Of a stretch of 62,727 bases of DNA, positions 11,319 to 20,885 are shown piece by piece; the stretch's first letter is position 1; each line of letters opens with the position of its first letter. The notes below the pieces were generated by a model. It was not told the DNA's origin, did no database searches, and worked only from the letters and a program-made list of their open reading frames with translations. The stretch is from Polyangiales bacterium (lineage in GTDB: Bacteria > Myxococcota_A > Polyangia > Polyangiales > Polyangiaceae). The stretch covers positions 1 to 62,727 of the forward strand of contig JBBRNJ010000055.1 of assembly GCA_038230375.1 (NCBI GenBank), written 5' to 3'. Position numbers and translations under genes: made by a program.

Positions 11319-12365
11319 TTAGGCGGCGCCCTTCCGCAAGGAAGGAACGAGCCGCGTCCCCAAGGATTCGAGCCTCTCGGCAGTGGTCTTGCGCGCGACC
11401 TCGCTCTGGTCCATGCCGATGAATGCTCGGCCCATCTTCTTCGCGACGGCCAGCGTGGTGCCGCTGCCAGCGTACGGATCGAGCACGATTTCCCCTGGAT
11501 TCGTGAGAGCCGCGAGCAGCCGCGTCAGCAGCGCCTCGGGCTTCTGGGACGGGTAACCGGTCCGCTCGCGCGAGACCGGGGCGATCACCCCGATGTCCCA
11601 CACGTCTCCCATCGGAACCCCCGGTGTCTCCTCGGCCGTGCGCGTGGAGCGCGAGCGGCGGCCTGTCGCATCCACCTGCGCGCGCTGCTTCTGCGTACCC
11701 CACGTGGCGACCGTGGACGCCGCGAGCGGCTCGTACGGCGTGTTGAAGCGCGGCTTCGTCTTCGGATCCTTGCGATAGCGGAGCAGCACATCGTGCACGC
11801 GCTGGAAGTTCGGCGTCTTGCTCGGCCAGCGGCGGTAGCGCCAGATGATCTCGCTCGCGAACGCGTCGTCGCCGAAGATCTCGTCGCACAGCACCTTCAC
11901 GTAGTGCGACGTCTTCGGGTCCACGTGGATCACCACGGAGCCCTCCTTCGCGAGCAAGCTGCGCAGAAGGACCAGCCGCTCACCGAGCGCGGAAAGGAAG
12001 TGGGCCTTGCCCTCCCACCGATCGTCGAACGCAGCGCGCTTGGTCCGGGTGATCTTCACGTCGCTGTCATCCGAGCGCTCGCGCTTCACGTGATGATGAA
12101 CCCGGTTCGTGAGGAACGGCGGGTCCATGTACGCGAGCATCACGCGGTCCTTGTGCGTGCGATGCAGGCGCGAGAGCGCGGCGGTGTTGTCGCCGAACAG
12201 GTAGAGCCCTTCGCCGCACGACGTCGTGTACGTCGTGAGGGCCGCGTCTTCCTTCGCCTTCGGCAGCCGATGCCCGCTCTCCGGCGGACCGTCGTCGGGC
12301 CTCTTTTCAGCGTCGAAAATGGCCTCTTTTCCCTGAAACGAGAGGCGGACGCGCGTGTCTTCCAT
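11319..12365 (-). CDS. Site-specific DNA N4-C/N6-A methyltransferase (beta-class motif order)
   Basis: Catalytic DPPF precedes GDVW, YPSQKPE and SAM-binding LDPYAGSGTT. Confidence 0.9.
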   Translation of the reverse strand: MEDTRVRLSFQGKEAIFDAEKRPDDGPPESGHRLPKAKEDAALTTYTTSCGEGLYLFGDNTAALSRLHRTHKDRVMLAYMDPPFLTNRVHHHVKRERSDDSDVKITRTKRAAFDDRWEGKAHFLSALGERLVLLRSLLAKEGSVVIHVDPKTSHYVKVLCDEIFGDDAFASEIIWRYRRWPSKTPNFQRVHDVLLRYRKDPKTKPRFNTPYEPLAASTVATWGTQKQRAQVDATGRRSRSTRTAEETPGVPMGDVWDIGVIAPVSRERTGYPSQKPEALLTRLLAALTNPGEIVLDPYAGSGTTLAVAKKMGRAFIGMDQSEVARKTTAERLESLGTRLVPSLRKGAA

Positions 12366-12453
12366 GCATGAAAATCGTATGGGACGCGCACAGCGCCGTA
12401 CAACTTCGCGACTTCCGTAAGCGCTCCCCGAGGAGTGCTAAGAACTGGTCGAC

Positions 12454-13458
12454 ATGTCCGCTCCCAAGACGCGCGTCTTCTCCGGCATCCAGCCGTCGGG
12501 AGAGCTCCACATCGGCAACTGGCTGGGCGCCGTTCGCACGTGGAAGACGAAGGTCGAGGCGGGCACGGAGGACAACTTCTACTGCCTCGTGGATGCGCAC
12601 GCGATCACGGTTCCCTACGAGCCCGCGGAGCTGCGTGAGCGCATCGACCTCATGGCCATGGACCTCTGCGCGTGCGGCGTTGATCCGGAGAAGTGCACGC
12701 TCTTCGTCCAGAGCGACGTACGCGAGCACATGGAGCTCGCGTGGTACCTCAGCACCGTCACGCCCATGGGCGACCTGTCGCGTATGACGCAATTCAAGGA
12801 CAAGAGCGAAGGGAAGGACTCCGTCTCCGCCGCGCTCTTCACGTACCCGGTGCTGATGAGCGCAGACATCCTCCTCTACAAGGCCGAGGTCGTCCCCGTC
12901 GGCGACGACCAGTTGCAGCACCTGGAGCTTGTACGCGAGACCGTTCGACGCTGGAATTTCCGGTTCGGGAACATGTTCCCGGAGCCGCGGCCCGCGGCCG
13001 GTGCGGTGCGTATCATGGGGCTCGATGGCGAGGCGAAGATGAGCAAGTCGAAGGGCAACACCATCGCCGTCTTCGAGGACAAGGAGTCCGCGTGGAGCAA
13101 GCTGAAGGGCGCCTACACGGATCCGCAGCGCCTGAAGAAGAGCGATCCGGGCCGGCCGGAGATCTGCAACATCTTCACGATGCACACGCTGCTCTCCACG
13201 CAGGAGACCCAGGACGAAGTACGTGTAAACTGCACGGGTGGAAAGTGGGGCTGCTTCGACTGCAAGAAGGTCCTGCACGAACGCATGGACCACGAGCTCG
13301 TGCCGCTGCGCGCGAAGCGTGCGGAGCTCTCCACCGAGAAGATGCGTGAGGCGCTCGGCGACGGCGCATCGAAGGCGCGGCGCATCGCCCGCGAGACCCT
13401 CCGCGAGGTCCGCGAAGTGCTCGGCCTGGGCAGCCTGGCGAAGGGCGCCGAACAGTGA
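12454..13458 (+). CDS. trpS: Tryptophan--tRNA ligase
   Basis: SGIQPSG..HIGN, YPVLMSADIL, VPVGDDQLQH, KMSKS. Confidence 0.97.
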   Translation: MSAPKTRVFSGIQPSGELHIGNWLGAVRTWKTKVEAGTEDNFYCLVDAHAITVPYEPAELRERIDLMAMDLCACGVDPEKCTLFVQSDVREHMELAWYLSTVTPMGDLSRMTQFKDKSEGKDSVSAALFTYPVLMSADILLYKAEVVPVGDDQLQHLELVRETVRRWNFRFGNMFPEPRPAAGAVRIMGLDGEAKMSKSKGNTIAVFEDKESAWSKLKGAYTDPQRLKKSDPGRPEICNIFTMHTLLSTQETQDEVRVNCTGGKWGCFDCKKVLHERMDHELVPLRAKRAELSTEKMREALGDGASKARRIARETLREVREVLGLGSLAKGAEQ

Positions 13459-13964
13459 AGAGGCTCGTCGCGCTCCTTCCCCTCTTCGCCTTGCTCGCGG
13501 CCCTCGCGTTCGGCCTGTCGGGCTGCTCTCGTGCGCCGCCTGACGCCACGCCCGAGGGCGCGGTGCACCTCTTTCTGGATCGCATGGAGGCAGCGGCGAG
13601 CGGCGCGGTGCCCATGAGTGACGTCTACGCGCTGCTCGGTCCCACGACGCGCAAGAACCTCACGGACAGGGCGAGCCGCGCCGGCAAGATCCAGGGCCGT
13701 CGCATCGACCCATCGGACATGCTCGCGCCCGGCCGCTACGCGCTGAAGTTCCGGCCCAAGTCGATGACGTCGCGGCCCTCTGGCGAGACGGCCGTGGTGA
13801 CGGTGGTCGGCTACGAGGCGAGCGAGACCGCGGAGGTCACGCTGGTGCGGGAAAACGGCGCCTACAAGGTGGAGCTGGACCTGCCCGAGGTGACGCCTCT
13901 GCCACAGCGAGGCACTCTTGGCGCAACGGGCCGGCCCGCGTCCTCCGGTAACCTGACGCCGTAG
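13455..13964 (+). CDS. Hypothetical lipoprotein
   Basis: Signal peptide with lipobox LSGC; 4-nt overlap with trpS stop. Confidence 0.75.
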   Translation: MKRLVALLPLFALLAALAFGLSGCSRAPPDATPEGAVHLFLDRMEAAASGAVPMSDVYALLGPTTRKNLTDRASRAGKIQGRRIDPSDMLAPGRYALKFRPKSMTSRPSGETAVVTVVGYEASETAEVTLVRENGAYKVELDLPEVTPLPQRGTLGATGRPASSGNLTP

Positions 13965-14002
13965 CTTGCCGCCGCACCCCTCGCGACTTACCTTGGGCGA
14001 CG

Positions 14003-14953
14003 ATGCCGGATGACCTCTACTCGGTGCTCGGGGTTCCGAAGACCTCCGACGCCGACACCATCAAGAAGGCGTACCGAAAGCTCGCCAAGGATTTGCACCC
14101 GGACAAGAACCCCGGAAACGCAGCGGCCGAGACGCGCTTCAAGAAGGTGAACCACGCCTTCGACGTGCTGCACGACGCGAAGAAGCGCGGCATCTACGAC
14201 GAGTTCGGCGAAGACGGTCTGCGTGATGGTTTCGATGCGGACCGGGCGCGCCAGTACAAGTCGTGGCAGGGGCAGCAAGGTGCGGGCGGCGGCGGCGGTC
14301 GCGGGGCGCGGTCTGTGTCCTTCGAGGATCTCTTCGCTGGTCAGGGGCAGAACGGCGGCAGCAACTTCGAAGGCTTCGGTGACCTGTTCGGCGGACGCTC
14401 GCGGTCTCGCCGCGGTCCGCAGAAGGGCGCCGATGTCGAGGCCGAGCTCCAGATCGAGTTCGCGGCGGCAGTGAACGGCAGCACCATGGAGCTCTCCATC
14501 GGCGGGCGACCCGTCACGGTGCGCATTCCCGCGGGCGCCGACGAGGGCAGCCGCCTTCGCATTCCCGGACAGGGTGCACCATCGCAGAGCGGCGGTCCGC
14601 AGGGCGATCTGTTCCTCACGCTTCACGTGAGCGCGCACCCGCACTTCAAGCGCGACGGAGAGGATCTCCATCTCGATCTCCCTCTCACCGTGAAGGAGGC
14701 CTTCGCAGGCGGCAAGGTGCGCGTGCCCACGGTGGGCGGTTCCGTCCAGCTCAAGGTGCCGCCGGGGACACAGAGCGGGCACATGCTGCGCGTGCGCGGC
14801 AAAGGTGTGCACAAGAAGGATCGCGTTCCGGGCGATCTCTACGTGCACTTCCAGATCATGCTCCCGGAGTCGAAGGACCCGGAGCTCGCAAAGCTGATCG
14901 ACGCGCTCGAGAAGTTCCAACCGGTCGACCCCCGCACCGGCATCGAGCTCTGA
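14003..14953 (+). CDS. DnaJ-class co-chaperone without zinc finger (CbpA-like)
   Basis: J domain with HPD, G/F-rich linker, DnaJ C-terminal domain; no CxxCxGxG. Confidence 0.92.
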   Translation: MPDDLYSVLGVPKTSDADTIKKAYRKLAKDLHPDKNPGNAAAETRFKKVNHAFDVLHDAKKRGIYDEFGEDGLRDGFDADRARQYKSWQGQQGAGGGGGRGARSVSFEDLFAGQGQNGGSNFEGFGDLFGGRSRSRRGPQKGADVEAELQIEFAAAVNGSTMELSIGGRPVTVRIPAGADEGSRLRIPGQGAPSQSGGPQGDLFLTLHVSAHPHFKRDGEDLHLDLPLTVKEAFAGGKVRVPTVGGSVQLKVPPGTQSGHMLRVRGKGVHKKDRVPGDLYVHFQIMLPESKDPELAKLIDALEKFQPVDPRTGIEL

Positions 14954-15042
14954 TCCGCTGATATTTGCGGCCTATCGTGGGCATCGCGCAAAACATTGCG
15001 TGTTCGTAACTTTTGGGTCGCGCGCCACCAGACACTCCTCGT

Positions 15043-16221
15043 ATGATGGTCTTCGTGCAGCGCGCTGGCCGGTTTTCGATCGTCGCTATTCCGTTCGCTG
15101 CGATCATCGCCTGTGGTGGCGGAGGCGTGGAGCCCGCCGTGCCCACCGCGGGCGCTTCCTCCGGATCGGTGAGCACAGCGATGCCGCCGCCCAGCGCGTC
15201 CTCCGCAGCTGGCACGGTTGACAAGAACGGGCCCGTGCAGATCGAGTGCGGCGACTTCCACACGTGCGCGATCATGCCCGACGCCACCGTACGCTGCTGG
15301 GGGCGCGACAAGGGCGGCCAGGTCGGCGACGGAGGCGGCGACGACAAGGTGCGGCCCACGCCAGTCCCCGGTGTGGCGAACGCCACGACCCTGGCGATCA
15401 GCGGCATGTACTCGTGTGCAGTGCTCGCCGACAAGTCGGTCACGTGCTGGGGCACGGGCTTCATCATGAACGACCGCGTGTCGCACGATCGTGAGAAGCC
15501 AGCGAAGGTCCGCAGCGTGGCCGGCGTGGTCGACCTCGCCGCGAGCGGCGACATGACGTGCAGCCTGGACACGGCGCACGCTGTCACATGCTGGGGCCTT
15601 CCACCCAGCGCGAAGGGCATGCATCCCGATACGGGCGGCGGCGCTGTCGAGAACCTCGAGGTCGCGGGCACGCACGGCTGCGTGCACATGAAGGACGGAC
15701 ACGTTCGCTGCTGGGGCGAGGGCGACTGGCAAGTGGGCGGCAAGCCTTCGCTCGCGCGACCGGCGCTGGAAGACGTACTCGAGCTGGTCACCGGAGACGC
15801 GTTTGGCTGCGCGTTCACGAAGAAGGGTGACGTGCGCTGCTGGGGCCGCAACGAGAGCGGGCAGCTCGGCATGGCCCCCGATCCAGACACGCACGAGGCG
15901 CTCGCCGTCGTACCTGGCGTCAGGGACGCACCGAATCTCGCAGCAGGCGAGTCGTCGGTCTGCGCGATCCACACCGATGGCACCGTGAGCTGCTGGGGTG
16001 GCAACGCCGATGGCGAGCTCGGCATCGGGCGCGTCAGCAACGACGAGCGCCCCACCAAGGTGCCCGGCCTGCGCAACGTCGATGAGCTCTGCATCGGCTC
16101 GGGCCACTCGTGTGCGCTCACGAAGAACCACGAGATGTTCTGCTGGGGCACGAACACCGCAGGTCAGCTCGGTGATGGTACGCGCGAGATGCGGCTCACC
16201 CCCACGCGCGTGCTGTTCTAG
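15043..16221 (+). CDS. RCC1-repeat lipoprotein
   Basis: Lipobox IIAC; repeated HTCA...VRCWG.N..GQLG units. Confidence 0.88.
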   Translation: MMVFVQRAGRFSIVAIPFAAIIACGGGGVEPAVPTAGASSGSVSTAMPPPSASSAAGTVDKNGPVQIECGDFHTCAIMPDATVRCWGRDKGGQVGDGGGDDKVRPTPVPGVANATTLAISGMYSCAVLADKSVTCWGTGFIMNDRVSHDREKPAKVRSVAGVVDLAASGDMTCSLDTAHAVTCWGLPPSAKGMHPDTGGGAVENLEVAGTHGCVHMKDGHVRCWGEGDWQVGGKPSLARPALEDVLELVTGDAFGCAFTKKGDVRCWGRNESGQLGMAPDPDTHEALAVVPGVRDAPNLAAGESSVCAIHTDGTVSCWGGNADGELGIGRVSNDERPTKVPGLRNVDELCIGSGHSCALTKNHEMFCWGTNTAGQLGDGTREMRLTPTRVLF

Positions 16222-18806
16222 CGCCGTTTTTGCTTCTTCTTCGCGCGGCGCTGCTCTTTTTCGACGCGCTTGTCGACGACGCGCTTCTGCTTGTCGTCCT
16301 TGCCGCCGGCAGCCTTGGCCTTGAACGGCTTCGCGTCGGCGTTGTGTCCGCGACCGCGTCCGCCCTTGGGAGCGCCGCGGCCGTGGTTGCGTCCCCGTGA
16401 CGGTGCGCCGCCGCGTTCAGTCGCGCCTTTGCGTGCGCCGCGCGCTTCGCCTGCGCTCGTGCTCTCGCCGCCAAGGCGCCGTGCGTAGATGGTGCGACGG
16501 ATGAGCGAGACCTCCGTGATCTCGACCATCATCTCGTCGCCAAGGGAGATCGCATCACCGGAGCGGCTCGCGACCACGCGCAGGCCGTTGTCGTCGGGCT
16601 GGTATTCGCCGGCGCCAAGGTCGGCCAGACGGACGAGCACGTCGATGAACGGGGAGCCGATGGCAACGAACACGCCGCTGCCAACGACCGCGGTGAGGAT
16701 GCCGGTCATGCGCTCGCCGATGCGGTCCTTCATGACGTACGCGCGGTACAGATCCGTCACGCCGCGCTCGACTTCCATCGAACGACGCTCTGCGACGGAG
16801 GCATCCAGCGCCGCCTTCGCAAGGGCCTCGCGCGCCGCGTCGCTGCGATCGATCCGCTGGCGCAGCAGGTACTGGTGCATGCCGCGGTGGACGACCAGGT
16901 CCGGATAGCGGCGAATGGGGGACGTGAAGTGCAGGTAGGCCTTCGACGCAAGGCCGAAGTGTCCCATGTTCTGCGGCTCGTACGTGGCCTGCTTCATGGA
17001 GCGAAGCAGCAGGCTGTTCAGCACCGACGACAGCTTGTGACCCGCGAAGCTCGCGAGCAGCGTCTGCAGGGTGCGCGGATCCTTCGTGGCCTCCACGTCG
17101 AAGGTCACGCCGAGCACCTCGCACATGGCCGCAAGGCGTCCGAGCTTCTGCTCGTCCGGCGGCAAGTGCACGCGGTAGATGGCGGGGACCTGCTTCTCTG
17201 TCATGAGCTCGGCGACGAGCTCGTTCGCAAGGAGCATGAGCTCCTCGATCAGCTCGTAGGCCTTCTTCATGCCCGGATCCTGCGTGCGCTTCTGCACGTC
17301 GGTCGGCAGACCATCGGGGCCCATCACGATCTTCGGCTCGGGAAGCTCGAAATCCAGCGCGCCGCGCTTCCGTCGCTTCGCCCGCAGCAGCTGCGACAGC
17401 TCGTAGGCGACCCGCAGGCCGTCCTTCATCTCCTCCGCCTTCGGCTGCGCCGGAGGAATCTCGGAGAAGCCGAGCGCGCGCGCCACGCCGCCGTAGGTGA
17501 GCTTGGCCTGGCTCTTCATGAAGCCGCGAATGAGCTTCGACTCGAGGACCTTGCCGCCCGCGTCGAGCGTCACGTCCACCGCGAGGCAGAGGCGGATCAC
17601 GTCTGGCAGGAGCGAGCACAGGTTGGAGGACAGCGCGCGCGGGAGCATGGGGATCGCCCGCTCCGGCAGGTACACGCTGCAGCCGCGCGCCTGTGCCTCT
17701 TCGTCGATCTTGGTGCCGGGCTTCACGTAGGACGACACGTCCGCGATCGCGATGATCGCGTGGAAGCCTCCGTCTTGCGTGCGCTCGACCCAGACCGCGT
17801 CGTCATGATCGCGCGCGTCCTCCGGATCGATCGTGGGCAGCGGGTAGTGCGTGAGGTCCGTGCGACCTTCGAGCATCTCCTTCGGGACCTCCACGCCGTA
17901 GGCCTCTGCCTCGGCGACGGCCTCCTCGGAGTGGACCTCTTCGATCTGCGCCATCGCGAGGATCTTCGCGGCCTCGACCTTGAGATCGCCGGGGCGACCG
18001 AGCACCGCCTCGATCTGGCCGACAGGGTTTTCACCCGCGAAATCAGGCCAGCGCGTGACGCGGACAATCACGGCGTCGCCGTCGTTGCCGCTGTTGCCTT
18101 CGGGGCCGCGCGTGTCCACGTCGCTCGTGAGATCGATGGGACCGCGCACGCGCGTGTCGTCGGGCTCGAGCCACGTGGAGCGGCCCTTGCGACGGAGCAC
18201 GCCAGCGACCCGCTTCAATCCACGAGAGACGATCTTGATGATGGCGCCTTCGAGGCCGCGCGCGGATTTCGCGACGAGCTCGATCTCGACGGTGTCGCCT
18301 TGCATGGCGCCGCCAATGCCCTCCTCGGGAATGAACGCGTCCTCGCCCGGGTGATCCGGACTGGACACGAAGCCGAAGCCGCGCGCGTTCACGGAGAGCG
18401 TTCCGATGCGGACGTCGCCGCGCTGCGCCTGGTTCTTCGGGCCCTTGGGCTGGGGTACGGTTGCCCGCTGCTCGGCTGAACGTTGCTCGGCGCGCGGGCT
18501 CGGGATGAGGATGGGGATCCCTTTCCTGGGCTTGTCGCTGCCTTGTCCGGATGCTTCCGAGCGATCTTCGACACGGGTCACGCCGGGCCGGTCGCGGCGG
18601 TGCTTCTCCTGGCGCAGCGTGATCTTGTTGCCGGGGCGAGGCACCACCGTGCCGTCGTAGGCGAGGTCGTCGAGGAGGCGCTCGAAGCCGATCATCATCG
18701 ATGCCGGAACGTCCAGCTTTTCGGCCAGCTCGTGCGTGTGCATCGGGCGGTCTTCGCGTGCGAGGAGCGCGAGGACGTCGCGCTTGAGAGGGAGGCGTTT
18801 TCCCAT
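16218..18806 (-). CDS. rnr: Ribonuclease R (RNB family)
   Basis: RGFGFV cold-shock domain, TIDPEDARDHDDA, HFTSPIRRYPD, S1 domain, basic tail; start may be 18896. Confidence 0.93.
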   Translation of the reverse strand: MGKRLPLKRDVLALLAREDRPMHTHELAEKLDVPASMMIGFERLLDDLAYDGTVVPRPGNKITLRQEKHRRDRPGVTRVEDRSEASGQGSDKPRKGIPILIPSPRAEQRSAEQRATVPQPKGPKNQAQRGDVRIGTLSVNARGFGFVSSPDHPGEDAFIPEEGIGGAMQGDTVEIELVAKSARGLEGAIIKIVSRGLKRVAGVLRRKGRSTWLEPDDTRVRGPIDLTSDVDTRGPEGNSGNDGDAVIVRVTRWPDFAGENPVGQIEAVLGRPGDLKVEAAKILAMAQIEEVHSEEAVAEAEAYGVEVPKEMLEGRTDLTHYPLPTIDPEDARDHDDAVWVERTQDGGFHAIIAIADVSSYVKPGTKIDEEAQARGCSVYLPERAIPMLPRALSSNLCSLLPDVIRLCLAVDVTLDAGGKVLESKLIRGFMKSQAKLTYGGVARALGFSEIPPAQPKAEEMKDGLRVAYELSQLLRAKRRKRGALDFELPEPKIVMGPDGLPTDVQKRTQDPGMKKAYELIEELMLLANELVAELMTEKQVPAIYRVHLPPDEQKLGRLAAMCEVLGVTFDVEATKDPRTLQTLLASFAGHKLSSVLNSLLLRSMKQATYEPQNMGHFGLASKAYLHFTSPIRRYPDLVVHRGMHQYLLRQRIDRSDAAREALAKAALDASVAERRSMEVERGVTDLYRAYVMKDRIGERMTGILTAVVGSGVFVAIGSPFIDVLVRLADLGAGEYQPDDNGLRVVASRSGDAISLGDEMMVEITEVSLIRRTIYARRLGGESTSAGEARGARKGATERGGAPSRGRNHGRGAPKGGRGRGHNADAKPFKAKAAGGKDDKQKRVVDKRVEKEQRRAKKKQKRR

Positions 18807-18894
18807 GTCGGTATCGACATACGCGAGTTTTTGCTCGCTTGGTTGGGAATACGCAGGGCCGTCGGCCCGTGTAGAATCAGAGATTGTCTTGGTC

Positions 18895-19935
18895 ATGAAA
18901 AAAGCTCATTTCGTGTTGGCGCTGGCCTTCCTGGCCGCGCTCGTGGGGCTCGTGGTTTCGAGCCTGCTCTTTGTGGATTACGTCCGGCCTTCGCCGGTGT
19001 TCTGCGAGGAGTCGGGCTGTGATGCCGTGAAGCACACGATCTTCGCGCGCCCTTTGGGTATCCCGCTGCCCGGCTTCGGCATGCTCGCGTTCGCGTCGCT
19101 TGCCGTCCTCGCCGTGTTGCGCGGCGTGTGGGTGAGACGCATATCGCTCGCCCTCGCCGCCTCGATGGGCCTCTTCGCCGCGCTCTTGCTCGGCGTTCAG
19201 AAGCTCATGGGTTCATATTGTCCGTTCTGTGTGGTGACGGACGTCGCCGCGATCGTCTCGCTGTTCGCAGTCGCCGCGCGGGTGTGGGTCTCAATCGACC
19301 TACCGCGCAGCATGGTGCTCTCCACTTCGTCCGCCATCACGACCGCGCTTGCGGTCATGATTCCGGTGGGAGTTGGGTTTGCCAAGGCGCCAAGGCCGCC
19401 GGTGCCCATAGGTCTTCCCGACCCGATTGCAAAAGAGATCGCGGACACGCCCAGAGGCCAGGTGTCCGTCGTAGATTTCGTAGATTTCGAGTGTCCGTTC
19501 TGTCGGGCGACTCACGCCGCCATGGAGCCTGTGAGGGCTTTGCACCAGTCCCAGCTCCGCATCGTGCGGAAGCAGGTCCCCCTGCGCATGCATCCTCATG
19601 CTCGCGACGCAGCCAAAGCTGCTTGTTGCGCTGAGGAGCTTGGTCACGGAGATGATTTTGCGCAAGCACTATTTTCCACGCCCGTGGACAAGCTCACGCC
19701 CGATGAGTGCGAAACGTTGGCCAAATCGATGGGAATCGACGCCGACAAATATCACGCATGCATGCAGTCTACACGCGTCGAAGATCGCCTGAAAGCGGAC
19801 ACGGACACGTTCAAGATGGTCCACGGTCATGGCCTTCCCACGATCTGGATCCACGACGAGGAGCTCAAGGGCGAGCAGAGCACGCAGGAGCTCGAGGACG
19901 CCGTCAAGCGCGCCCTTGTGCGTCGAGGCACGTGA
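18895..19935 (+). CDS. VKOR-DsbA/thioredoxin fusion
   Basis: TM domain with CEESGC and YCPFC; soluble domain DFECPFC with GLPT (cis-Pro position). Confidence 0.88.
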   Translation: MKKAHFVLALAFLAALVGLVVSSLLFVDYVRPSPVFCEESGCDAVKHTIFARPLGIPLPGFGMLAFASLAVLAVLRGVWVRRISLALAASMGLFAALLLGVQKLMGSYCPFCVVTDVAAIVSLFAVAARVWVSIDLPRSMVLSTSSAITTALAVMIPVGVGFAKAPRPPVPIGLPDPIAKEIADTPRGQVSVVDFVDFECPFCRATHAAMEPVRALHQSQLRIVRKQVPLRMHPHARDAAKAACCAEELGHGDDFAQALFSTPVDKLTPDECETLAKSMGIDADKYHACMQSTRVEDRLKADTDTFKMVHGHGLPTIWIHDEELKGEQSTQELEDAVKRALVRRGT

Positions 19936-19975
19936 CGAGCTTCGCGACGCTCGCGATCGGTGCGCGCTTCGGAGC

Positions 19976-20584
19976 CTAAACGGCGATGCGTGCGGCGCGC
20001 GAGGCGGGTGTGCGGCCCATCTCGGCGAGCTTGCGATAGAGCGTCGCGCGTCCGATGCCCAGCATGCGCGCGGCCTGACTGACCTGACCCTTGGTGATGG
20101 AGAGCGCGCAGTCGATCGCACGCTTCTCGATCTCGTCGAGCGTGGGCAGACGCGTGAGCCCTAGCGCCACGCCCTGGAACGTGCACGCCTCCAGGATTCG
20201 ATCCGCCGCCTCCGACACGCGCCGCTGCTCTGCGGGCTTGGTCATGTAGTCCACGACGCCAAGGCGCATCGCCGTCACGATCGACTCCACGTTTGCGTCC
20301 GACGACATCACGACGATGGGCAGGTCCCCGCGGTCCTTTCGAAGGCGTGCGAGGAGCTCCAGCGCGGCATCGGGGCCGTTCTTGTCGCTGCCGTTTCGCT
20401 CGCGATCGGAGAGCGGATCGATCATCAACGCGTCGACTCCAGCCAGCTTCGCGGGTAGCTCGCTGCTCTTCGCGAGCTCGATCACGCGGTGCCCGCGCGA
20501 CTCGAACACCCGACCCGTGGTCCTACGCCATGCGGGGTCGGAATCCACTACTGCGATCGTCTTGGGGTCTTGTTGGGGGATCAC
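19976..20584 (-). CDS. Response regulator: receiver plus Fis-type HTH, no AAA+ domain
   Basis: VVDSD, LMID, MTKP receiver residues; TLDEIEKRAI...AARMLGIGRATLYRKL. Confidence 0.85.
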   Translation of the reverse strand: MIPQQDPKTIAVVDSDPAWRRTTGRVFESRGHRVIELAKSSELPAKLAGVDALMIDPLSDRERNGSDKNGPDAALELLARLRKDRGDLPIVVMSSDANVESIVTAMRLGVVDYMTKPAEQRRVSEAADRILEACTFQGVALGLTRLPTLDEIEKRAIDCALSITKGQVSQAARMLGIGRATLYRKLAEMGRTPASRAARIAV

Positions 20585-20885
20585 ACAACGTTCGTACCCA
20601 GACCGTCCCGCGATAAGGCGTAATTTCCCGTAATCTCAATTTGGGAGCATTTCGATTTGCTCCAAGGTTGTCCACACCTTGCGGCAAAGGGCATGTGCGC
20701 GGCTCCTCTTGCGTCGCCAGGGCCCTTGAAGCGAACGAGCGACGCTTGCCGTCTGTTGCTCGCTGCCGCCAGTGGTCCCCGGATACGCCGGGTACTGTCC
20801 CGTTGCCACGGCGCGATTGATACGTAGATTCGAGCCTGGGACGGCGACATCCCGCACCAGTGCTAGGATTTCGCCCGGAACCCCC

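Noticed and set aside
9853..11889. Apparent 678-aa MCP with a long N-terminal extension
   Set aside because: The extension is an off-frame reading of the methyltransferase gene; no evidence for fusion or frameshifting
20668..20676. TTGTCCACA as a sign of a replication origin
   Set aside because: Single box, no cluster, no dnaA/dnaN context
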